64,000 bases of DNA, from positions 44,332,001-44,396,000 of the forward strand of contig OZ249436.1 in assembly GCA_965235115.1 (NCBI GenBank), read 5' to 3'. Below, one piece after another: positions 14,601 to 26,600 of the stretch (positions within the stretch are counted from its first letter, which is position 1; every line of letters begins with the position of its first letter). Source of the DNA: Laetmonice hystrix. Taxonomy: Eukaryota. The position numbers and the translations under genes are program-made. The notes under the pieces were generated by a model that saw only the letters and a program-made list of their open reading frames with translations, searched no databases and was not told where the DNA came from.

Positions 14601-17600
14601 TTATTAAGTGCGGAGTTTGGCAGGTATGGGTTTATCTATGCAGTTACTAAGTGCGGAGTTTGGCAGGTATGGATTTATCTATGCGGTTATTAAGTGCGGA
14701 GTTTGGCAGGTATGGCTTTATCTATGCGGTTACTAAGTGCGGAGTTTGGCAGGTATGGGTTTATCTATGCAGTTACTAAGTGCGGAGTTTGGCAGGTATG
14801 GGTTTATCTATGCAGTTACTAAGTGCGGAGTTTGGCAGGTATGGATTTATCTATGCGGTTATTAAGTGCGGAGTTTGGCAGGTATGGATTTATCTATGCG
14901 GTTATTAAGTGCGGAGTTTGGCAGGTATGGGTTTATCTATGCAGTTACTAAGTGCGGAGTTTGGCAGGTATGGATTTATCTATGCGGTTATTAAGTGCGG
15001 AGTTTGGCAGGTATGGCTTTATCTATGCGGTTACTAAGTGCGGAGTTTGGCAGGTATGGGTTTATCTATGCAGTTACTAAGTGCGGAGTTTGGCAGGTAT
15101 GGGTTTATCTATGCAGTTACTAAGTGCGGAGTTTGGCAGGTATGGATTTATCTATGCGGTTATTAAGTGCGGAGTTTGGCAGGTATGGCTTAATCTATCA
15201 GCGAGTTCTGAACGCTTCATCGGACAATGGCAGGCTGACAAGGTGCAGACTGGCTGACTGAACATATGGAAGCGACATGCAAAGACAGAAATCAAGACAA
15301 GATTATTTACTGGTGATGTGATGTCGGACTCCGGTCGCCGGCTTGCAGCCACTCAGGGCGACCCGGGGACTTGGGCGTGCTGCTGCCAGGAAAACACATT
15401 CACAAAGTTAGTGGCTGCTACCAATAACTTTCTCCGACTTACTTCATAAAAAACAGGAAATTAGTTTTCTGTGAATACTCATCAAAGAAAAGCAGCAAAG
15501 AAAAACCAACTCAAAATACGCCAGTAACAAAAATATCTCAGATTGTGAAATTGTTAGCGTGAGTAATTAAAACCTAACATTCCACATTCGTACCTGATAA
15601 CTTTTCATATTATGGTTTCAAAGAGAACTGTTACAAAGAGACAGTACTTGCACCACTCACCGCAGTATCAATATGTTTCCAAACAAACTTAACTATTTCG
15701 GTAAACGAGAAGTACAAGTCACATCAAACCACAAGGGCACACTGTCTGCGGAATACAAGGCACAAGACTGCTGGCTGCACCCCCCCCCCCCACCCTCACA
15801 ACCACCAAGCCCCCCCCCCCACCCTCACAACCACCTAGCGCCCCCCCCCCCCCCCCACAACCACCTAGCCCAGCTGCACCCCCCCCCCACCCTCACAACC
15901 ACCTAGCCCAGCTGCACCCCCCCCCCCACCCTCACAACCACCTAGCCCAGCTGCACCCCCCCCCCCACCCACCCCCACAACCACCTAGCCCAGCTGGTCA
16001 CCCATAATGCACTCACACTGTGAGTTTCGAGATCTGCCGCATCATGCACGTTTCCTCGTCCGACACGGAATGAGACTGGCCCCGGGGTGACAAGCCTGAT
16101 CCCCCGGTCCACACGCCATCCTCCGCCGCCAACCGTCCAGCCCTACACTCCGCCCTCACCTCGGCTGGCCCACACGTCTCAGCTTCACTGACCTGGATAA
16201 TCTCTGCAACCTCAGTTTTCTTTGATCTGTGTGTGCGCTCCTTTCGGAGACTTTCTTTACTGTCACCTTTGATTTGTTTGTTGTTCTTTTCATTTCTACT
16301 TTTCTCGGTGTCTTTTGAGGAGTCTTTTCCTGTTCCCGAGTCTTGGCGTTTTGAAGAGTCTTTTCCTGTTGCCGAGTCTTGGCGTTTTAAGGAGTCTTTT
16401 CCTGTTCCCGAATCTTGGCGTTTCAAACAGTCTTTTCCTGTTCCCGAGTCTTGGCGTTTTGAGGAGTCTTTTCCTGTTCCCGAATCTTGGCGTTTTAAGG
16501 AGTCTTTTCCTGTTCCCGAATCTTGGCGTTTTGAGGAGTCTTTTCCTGTTCCCGAGTCTTGGTGTTTTAAGGAGTCTTTTCCTGTTCCCGAGTCTTGGCG
16601 TTTTCTGTCCACTTTACGATCAGAGTGTTTTGAAGTGGTGGACTGTGTCCTGTTTTTACCTTTGTGGCTTCGATTGTCTGTTTTGTCCTTAATCCCAGAA
16701 TTTGGGTTGGACGAATATTGGCTGACTATCTGTACAGTTTTGTTTTCTTCAGTCTTATTTACTGGAATGGAAGCACTCTGTACCTTGGACACGTGATCTT
16801 TCCTGGGGGAAGTGTTACTCTTGGTTGGCACAGTTTTAGTGGTTTTCTCTCGATATTTATCACGACTGTGAGACCGAGAGGGAGGACCTCCACCCGATGG
16901 TCGAGCTTCCTTTACGGAATGACTCCTGTTCAAATTGTTACCGCCAGAGGAATGACACCTACTTTCGCCGCTAGATGGCCTACGTTCTCTCAGAGATTCA
17001 CTCCTTATTACGCCGCCAGAGGGCCGGTGAGATTCTAACCTGCCTTCTCCACTGGATCGTGACATCAAACCGGGGGAGATCGCCACTCCTTCTCCGGACA
17101 ATCGCCCAATTGTCGGTCTCCTAACATGATCCGGGTTCTGCTCTCTGACTTGTTTCTCATCAACGCTAGAAACTAAACTTCGAGATCGGTGGGCTTTGTT
17201 CGCAACACCTGGTTTCAGTTCAGAACTCTGAGCCATCATATTCCTCTGAGGCTGAGCCCCTGTCTCTGACCTGGATAGACCTGTGGCTGCCTTGGTAACG
17301 CCACTCTGTCCTCTGTCCACTGATCGACTTCTGGGCTCACCCCGCCGGTAGTATTCGACTAACCCACTGGGTCTCGGCTCTTCATTAACTGAACACACCT
17401 GTATGCACCGTGGGGGTCCAGACCTACCACAATGACCCCAGGCACTGCCCCTGGACGGCGTCTGGTGGTTACCATGGCTACTGCAACCCGAATCATCACT
17501 ACCAAAACAATGAGAAGAAAGAAATTAAAATAATACCAGCAAAACAAGCAAGCAGAGAGAAGATAAGGACTCAAGGAGTGTAATGACTGACAACAACAAA

Positions 17601-20600
17601 AAAGAAAAAAAAAAGAATTCTAAATAATGTAAACGTAAAGAAATCCTCCAATTTGTGTACATCTGTGAGACAAACAAAATTCTTTGTCATGCTCATCTAA
17701 CAATTACCACCAAACAACATTTATATCTCAGAGTTCAAGGTAGCTGTAAATGAATAAGAGTACTGAATACCACCAGACAACATCTGACACGACCTTCACA
17801 CCGTACAATGATACAAAAAAACATAATGCTACACTAAAAGTAAATAACTTGCCACATACACCGTATGTGTACAATCTGGTTGTAACTTACCCTTCCAACT
17901 CTGCTTGGTCTCCTGTAAGCGACAACTCCACACTTCCATCCAAGCGAGCAGCCATCTTTGACGGTTTCCCTTTATTCTGGCCTTTTTTCCATGATCTTGC
18001 AATTTCTTGAGACTCTTTAAAAAAAAAAAATCAACATCATAGATCGCGAGACTTGGAAACCGCAATTAAAAGATCTTTTTTCCCCACATAAGGCAGTATC
18101 AGTGAGCATGGTATAGATTGGAGACCCCCTTAGCCCTCTGTGGATCACAAATAGTAACAACAAATTTGTGGGTAAAAAATAAAAATCTAGTTTTGGGAGA
18201 GATTTTTGCCTTGAGATGCTAAGAAAACGCATAGACCTCTATCATTCCTGAGAAAAAGAAAATTCTGAGGGAGGGCCCCCAGACCCCCTGCCTACGGCAG
18301 TTATTTATTCCCCCCCCCCCCCCCATTAATTATTTCCTGGCGGTAACACTGTTGACCCCACCGCAACACTCACCTGTGCCCCGGTTAGCGTCCTCCTGCT
18401 CCTCCTCCTGACTCCGCTGTGCCTGGAGTTGTTTCCTCCGGATGGCCGGACTCCGAGGTGTCATCAGTATCCCACTCTCCTCCTCCCCTCCTGCCTTCCC
18501 ACGGTCACGTGACCGTGACCGACTCTGTGACTGCGACTCTCTGGGCTGATGGTGCTCGGGAGGCTTACTGTGGGCAGGTAGAGGTACACGCGACGAGTCG
18601 CCGATAGGTAAAGGTACACGCGACGAGTCGCCGATAGGTAAAGGTACACGCGACGAGTCAACGATAGGTAGTGAGTTAGTGTTGTCAGTGGAATGGTTCA
18701 GTACCCGGGTTTCGGACCGTATGGGTGGCTGACTGAGGATGGATAGATCCAGTGTTGGCACGGAGTGTGAACCCGAGTGATCTGAGAAGTCCTCACTGTG
18801 AAACAAGACGTTATCCATGTGTGTTAAGTTTGACACTGGCGAGCTTGACCCAGTGGTACCTGATGCCGTACCCACACCCGAGTCAGCCGAGGGGGTTGGG
18901 GCCCGCGGGGGTGTGTCCGAGTCACAGACAGGTATGACCATACCGTAATCAAACACCTGGTTCCCACAACCCTTGTCAACTTCACCGTCAAAGATCACTT
19001 CTCCATCCACGTGCATCCTCATGTGTCGCGCACCCTGCTTCAAATCCTGGAAATGTAAGATACTGTCATGTTAAGAGCACTGATATTTCAGCATGTTTTG
19101 ACAACTTATGTAGAGTACATTCCCTTCCTATTTATTTCTTTCCTTGACAGACTTCATGGCAGTACCAAAAACTATCGCAAGACCTGGATGAGAAGTTTAA
19201 TTGTTTAATTCCACAATAATTTGAAAGGAATGCGGAATACATCACTCAAATGAAGAACGAGTCTGCAGAGTGCGGAAGGGTTGTGTATCAGGAAATTAAG
19301 AAATGCGAAGATGAATAGAGGGAACAGGTGAATATTAAAATAAATCTATGCATTTTTCCTCCTGAATTTAAAGATTCTTTAAGTACACAACACTGGTTTG
19401 TTGCTTGGTACAAACCATATCCTGTACCATATAGAAAATATATATAAAAAAATTCTAGTAGTAAAATGTTCATCTTTTCATAGTGGTCAGATGAGATGGT
19501 TGGTTGCCTGCTTACATTGAGACTCTTGTTATAATTCCACAACTTGACACGGCCCAGCTCGAGCGACACACCCTGTGTTTGGCTGTGAAGTTGAACAGTC
19601 AGCCGGACTCGGCGAGTGTTTGAGAAGGCACACGACCACATATTGCGCTCTTTCACCGTCTGTAATTAACAATACATTACAGCCTGAAAACTTCTTCCAG
19701 TGATGTAACCCCCAAGATTGACTGCAGTCTATACGATAATGGATACAAGCGTTGATAGCTACAGTTTATCCTGTTTTTCAGGTGTTACAATCATATAGAT
19801 TATGCGGTAACTTACCTTACATTTCCCGTTAAAGAGGGACTCAATCTCTCCCTTTATATTGGTCGCACCCTGAACTTTAACATGAGTTCGGTTAACAAAT
19901 ATTCTCTGCTTCTTGGTGTCAAAAAACTGGATTTCGGTGAGTCCAACCCGAGATGGATGACCCCAGCTGGAGAGAATCTCAAACAACACTTCGACATCCT
20001 CCTTCTGGACCACACCCTCATCCCGTACCTGGTAAAACAAGGAGAGAATCTCAAACAACACTTCGACATCCTCCTTCTGGACCACACCCTCATCCCGTAC
20101 CTGGTAAAACAAGGAGAGAATCTCAAACAACACTTCGACATCCTCCTTCTGGACCACACCCTCATCCCGTACCTGGTAAAACAAGGAGAGAATCTCAAAC
20201 AACACTTCGACATCCTCCTTCTGGACCACACCGGCCTCATCCCGTACCTGGTAAAACAAGGAGAGAATCTCAAACAACACCTCGACATCCTCCTTCTGGA
20301 CCACACCCTCATCCCGTACCTGGTAAAACAAGGAGAGAATCTCAAACAACACTTCGACATCCTCCTTCTGGACCACACCCTCATCCCGTACCTGGTAAAA
20401 CAAGGAGAGAATCTCAAACAACACTTCGACATCCTCCTTCTGGACCACACCCTCATCCCGTACCTGGTAAAACAAGGAGAGAATCTCAAACAACACCTCG
20501 ACATCCTCCTTCTGGACCACACCCTCATCCCGTACCTGGTAAAACAAGGAGAGAATCTCAAACAACACTTCGACATCCTCCTTCTGGACCACACCCTCAT

Positions 20601-23600
20601 CCCGTACCTGGTAAAACAAGGAGAGAATCTCAAACAACACTTCGACATCCTCCTTCTGGACCACACCGGCCTCATCCCGTACCTGGTAAAACAAGGAGAG
20701 AATCTCAAACAACACCTCGACATCCTCCTTCTGGACCACACCCTCATCCCGTACCTGGTAAAACAAGGAGAGAATCTCAAACAACACCTCGACATCCTCC
20801 TTCTGGACCACACCCTCATCTCGTACCTGGTAAAACAAGGAGAGAATCTCAAACAACACTTCGACATCCTCCTTCTGGACCACACCCTCATCCCGTACCT
20901 GGTAAAACAAGGAGAGAATCTCAAACAACACCTCGACATTCTCCTTCTGGACCACACCCTCATCCCGTACCTGGTAAAACAAGGAGAGAATCTCAAACAA
21001 CACCTCGACATCCTCCTTCTGGACCACACCCTCGTCCCGTACCTGGTAAAACAAGGAGAGAATCTCAAACAACACTTCGACATCCTCCTTCTGGACCACA
21101 CCCTCATCCCGTACATGGTAAAACAAGGAGAGTATCTCAAACAACACCTCGACATCCTCCTTCTGGACCACACCCTCATCCCGTACCTGGTAAAACAAGG
21201 AGAGAATCTCAAACAACACTTCGACATCCTCCTTCTGGACCACACCCTCATCCCGTACCTGGTAAAACAAGGAGAGAATCTCAAACAACACCTCGACATC
21301 CTCCTTCTGGACCACACCCTCATCCCGTACCTGGTAAAACAAGAAGAGAATCTCAAACAACACCTCGACATCCTCCTTCTGGACCACACCCTCATCTCGT
21401 ACCTGTTAAAACAAGGAGAGAATCTCAAACAACACATCGGCATCCTCCTTCTGGACCACACCCTCATCTCGTACCTGGTAAAACAAGGAGAGAATCTCAA
21501 ACAACACCTCGACATCCTCCTTCTGGACCACACCCTCATCCCGTACCTGGTAAAACAAGGAGAGAACCTCAAACAACACCTCGACATCCTCCTTCTGGAC
21601 CACACTGGCCTCATCCCGTACCTGGTAAAACAAGGAGAGAATCTCAAACAACACATCGGCATCCTCCTTCTGGACCACACCCTCATCCCGTACCTGGTAA
21701 AACAAGGAGAGAATCTCAAACAACACTTCGACATCCTCCTTCTGGACCACACCGGCCTCATCCCGTACCTGGTAAAACAAGGAGAGAATCTCAAACAACA
21801 CCTCGACATCCTCCTTCTGGACCACACCCTCATCCCGTACCTGGTAAAACAAGGAGAGAATCTCAAACAACACCTCGACATCCTCCTTCTGGACCACACC
21901 CTCATCCCGTACCTGGTAAAACAAGGAGAGAATCTCAAACAACACATCGGCATCCTCCTTCTGGACCACACCCTCATCCCGTACCTGGTAAAACAAGGAG
22001 AGAATCTCAAACAACACTTCGACATCCTCCTTCTGGACCACACCGGCCTCATCCCGTACCTGGTAAAACAAGGAGAGAATCTCAAACAACACCTCGACAT
22101 CCTCCTTCTGGACCACACCCTCATCCCGTACCTGGTAAAACAAGGAGAGAATCTCAAACAACACCTCGACATCCTCCTTCTGGACCACACCGGCCTCATC
22201 CCGTACCTGGTAAAACAAGGAGAGAATCTCAAACAACACTTCGACATCCTCCTTCTGGACCACACCCTCATCTCGTACCTGGTAAAACAAGGAGAGAATC
22301 TCAAACAACACCTCGACATCCTCCTTCTGGACCACACCCTCATCCCGTACCTGGTAAAACAAGGAGAGAATCTCAAACAACACCTCGACATCCTCCTTCT
22401 GGACCACACCCTCATCCCGTACCTGGTAAAACAGGGAGAGAATCTCAAACAACACCTCGACATCCTCCTTCTGGACCACACCCTCATCCCGTACCTGGTA
22501 AAACAAGGTTCACAGCAAAATATCATAGATCTTGTCAAATACATTATAACCATTGGTTGGTAAAGGGGCTTCCTGAGACCATGACTTACAACGACTCCAA
22601 TGACAAGATTTCTAATAAAGACATTTTGCAATACAACATGTATATGTAGCATTGAAACCAGGATCATCACTAAGACAGGTAATAACTTTTTGCTTTCTGT
22701 GATACAGGCTGGGCGATGATAACTGCACTGACATACCAATACAGCTATGTACTTATGTTACGTGGAAAGACACCTATAGGACTAATATGCTCTAATAGAA
22801 TAAAATATCAAGGGTCGAACATACCATTTTGGCGATAGGTTTGGTAGCCTTGAGGGGTTGTTTGCGATCCTTGGGTGGGGGTGTCGGGGGCGAAAGTGAG
22901 GTGTTCCCACCCTCTATCTGGGCCAACGCTCGGAGCAATCTCTTCTGTCCTCTGTACAGATAAAGGGGAGGAGCGTAATGCTTGTTAACACCTGTGTGTG
23001 TCAAGGTTCCCTTGTACTGAGAACACCTGTGTGTGTCAAGGTTCCCTTGTACTGAGAACACCTATGTTTGTCAAGGTTCCCTTGTACTGAGAACACCTGT
23101 GTGTGTCAAGGTTCCCTTGTACTGAGAACACCTATGTGTGTGAAGGTTCCCTTGTACTGAGAACACCTATGTGTGTCAAGGTTCCCTTGTACTGAGAACA
23201 CCTATGTGTGTCAAGGTTCCCTTGTACTGAGAACACCTATGTGTGTGAAGGTTCCCTTGTACTGAGAACACCTATGTGTGTGTCAAGGTTCCCTTGTACT
23301 GAGAACACCTATGTGTGTCAAAGTTCCCTTGTACTGAGAACACCTATGTGTGTCAAGGTTCCCTTGTACTGAGAACACCTATGTGTGTCAAAGTTCCCTT
23401 GTACTGAGAACACCTATGTGTGTCAAGGTTCCCTTGTACTGAGAACACCTATGTGTGTCAAGGTTCCCTTGTACTGAGAACACCTATGTGTGTCAAGGTT
23501 CCCTTGTACTGAGAACACCAATGTGTGTCAAGGTTACCTTGTACTGAGAACACCTATGTGTGTCAAGGTTCCCTTGTACTGAGAACACCTATGTGTGTCA

Positions 23601-26600
23601 AGGTTCCCTTGTACTGAGAACACCTATGTGTGTCAAGGTTCCCTTGTACTGAGAACACCTATGTGTGTCAAGGTTCCCTTGTACTGAGAACACCTATGTG
23701 TGTCAAGGGTCCCTTGTACTGAGAACACCTATGTGTGCCAAGGTTCCCTTGTACTGAGAACACCTATGTGTGCCAAGGTTCCCTTGTACTGAGAACACCT
23801 ATGTGTGCCAAGGTTCCCTTGTACTGAGAACACCTATGTGTGTCAAGGTTCCCTTGTACTGAGAACACCTATGTGTGTCAAGGTTCCCTTGTACTGAGAA
23901 CACCTATGTGTGTCAAGGTCCCCTTGTACTGAGAACACCTATGTGTGTCAAGGTTCCCTTGTACTGAGAACACCTATGTGTGTCAAGGTTCCCTTGTACT
24001 GAGAACACCTATGTGTGTCAAGGTTTCCTTGTACTGGAACACAGGTGTCAAGGTTCCCTTGTACTGAGATATTATGATCTGGAAGCAATGCCAGTTACCC
24101 ATATCAACCTAATATACACCCATCCCCTGTATCAGGCATTGTGTCTGGCTTCCTATGCCTAGAATTAGTCCAATAAACATAACAATTTTGAAGGAAACTG
24201 ACTGTTAATAAATATGCAACACTTATGCAACACATATGAGAGACTTACAGTTACAGTTTCTCAATTCCCAATGGTCAAAATTAAAATAATAAAAGTATTC
24301 TAAGTGAAACAAATATGACTTCTGCCAAAACTCCTATCGAAAATATCCGGTGTAGGGGTCCTTCTAGGTCCTCTACTGTCCATATGGTCTAGTAGTAAGA
24401 TTTGAATTGACCACTGTTGCCACAGGACGTCTTTGGGAGTACTTTATGGTTCTATTCCCTTTGGTCATTTTCTGTTTATTTTTGTATTTGTCTAGCAGTT
24501 TAGTTAGACACACTATATCTAATGCGTGGTAGTCTTTATAACACACTTACTTTGTATCAAGCTGAAGAACTTTTTGTACAATATGGTCAATGCCCTGAGA
24601 TTTTCCTGGGGGTTCGGCTGCAGGCCAGCACTGTCGACTTGTACTCTGACGCACTCCCTCCCCACCTCCTCCTTCTCCGACGGTACGTGTTGGCTTCAGT
24701 CTCTCCCGCCATCCCATCGCCGCTGAGGACGGACGATGGTCACTACCACCAGATTCTGGTAGAGGTGTCCCTTCGTCATGCTAACAGTGACAAGAACAGA
24801 ACTGGCTGTATTCAATCATCCGGGATTCTCTAACTGATGTTACGGTATTAAATAATTTGTTCAAATATTTCAGTTACTGGGGAAGTTGTTCTATCTCTAT
24901 TCTCTTACTGAATCCCCTGAGGTAGAGCTCTGCAGGAGCCTGTCTTACTAACGATGATCCCTAGTAAATCCCCCCAAGTCCCCAGATCAGGGATATCCCC
25001 GTCGTGAGGTGTCTTACTAAAAAGTCCCTCCATTGAAACACTGTTCAGGAGATGTCCCCAATATGGGGATGTCCCTGATTTGGGGAGTGACATTCTTAGT
25101 AAGACAAGCCCCAGCCGGTTGATCTTGAAACTATCCAAGCCCACAGGACAAATCCAACTAATGGAAGTTAACAATGAATTTGTGAGGTTCAGGCAGAATA
25201 AGGGGCCAGGGGTAAAGGCTAATAACAAAAATCCATTTCTTTAAATATTCCATAACATTTTCAACTTATTGTATCCTCTGAATGAACTCTGATCAATATG
25301 AGAGCTGTTATTTGTCTTTTGTCTCCTTGACGACTGTGAACTGACTGACCTCATGGCGCCCTGGAGCACTCTGTGTGTCTCGGTACGGTTGGAGGTCAGA
25401 ATCTGCCTCTAAACCTTCGTTCTCAGCCTGGAGTGCTTTCAGTACAGCGCGAGCCTCCATGGTGGAATCCATGGCCTCCTGACGACTCTTACGGTTCGCA
25501 GAGAGTGGGCGGACCGGCTTTCTATGGGCGGATTCTGTTTAAAAAATACATGTACATGTATATGGAAATGATGTTATTCCTGATTTGTCGATCACTTTAA
25601 ATTCTAAGGTATAACATGACGATGATCATACAGAGCACAGCAGCATTTCAACAGAGACTTTAACGACCTTAATTAGGTCCTTGATGGTAAAACATAGGAG
25701 AATGGGGCCTGTTTCACTCAACATTCGTTTCGAGCAAGTAAAAATCCCCCTTCAATGCAAGTGAGTAAATACCAAATATAGAGGAAAACAAAATTTGAAA
25801 GGTCCTAGAGTCTCGGTGAAATGAACACCAAAACTTAAAACAGATTCACAATACTAGAAGGTACTGTAGCTGTTGATAATCACATTCACCAAAACTTAAC
25901 ACATTCACAATGCTAGCAGGTAGCTAATGACATTCTTAGTGAAATGAAATGTACACCAAAACTTAACACATTCACAATGCTAGCAGATTTTACATTCTTA
26001 GTGAAATGAAATGTACACGGAAACTTAACACATTCACAATGCTAGCAGGTAGCTAATTATATTCTTAGTGAAATGAAATGAACACCAAAACTTAACACAT
26101 TCACAATGCTAGCAGGTAGCTAATTACATTCTTAGTGAAATGAAATGTACACCAAAACTTAACGCATTCACAATGCTAGCAGATTTTACATTCTTAGTGA
26201 AATGAAATGTACACGGAAACTTAACACATGCACAATGCTAGCAGGTATCTTGTGATAATTACATTCTTAGTGAAATGAAATGTACACCAAAACTTAACAC
26301 ACTCACATTGCTAGCAGATTTTACATTCTTAGTGAAATGAAATGTACACGGAAACTTAACACATTCACAATGCTAGCAGGTAGCTAATTATATTCTTAGT
26401 GAAATGAAATGAACACCAAAACTTAACACATTCACAATGCTAGCAGGTAGCTAATTACATTCTTAGTGAAATGAAATGTACACCAAAACTTAACGCATTC
26501 ACAATGCTAGCAGATTTTATATTCTTAGTGAAATGAAATGTACACGGAAAATTAACACATTTACAATGCTAGCAGGTATCTCGTGATAATTACATTCTTA

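Noticed and set aside
17398..17400. ATACAG|GTG as acceptor of the large exon
   Set aside because: Phase 0 does not fit exon 17 (phase 2); the acceptor at 17499-17500 has a better tract and the right phase.
19854..22739. Overlapping 893-961 aa ORFs on both strands
   Set aside because: By-products of a largely stop-free 72-bp repeat; only the minus frame joining EILSSWG has homology.
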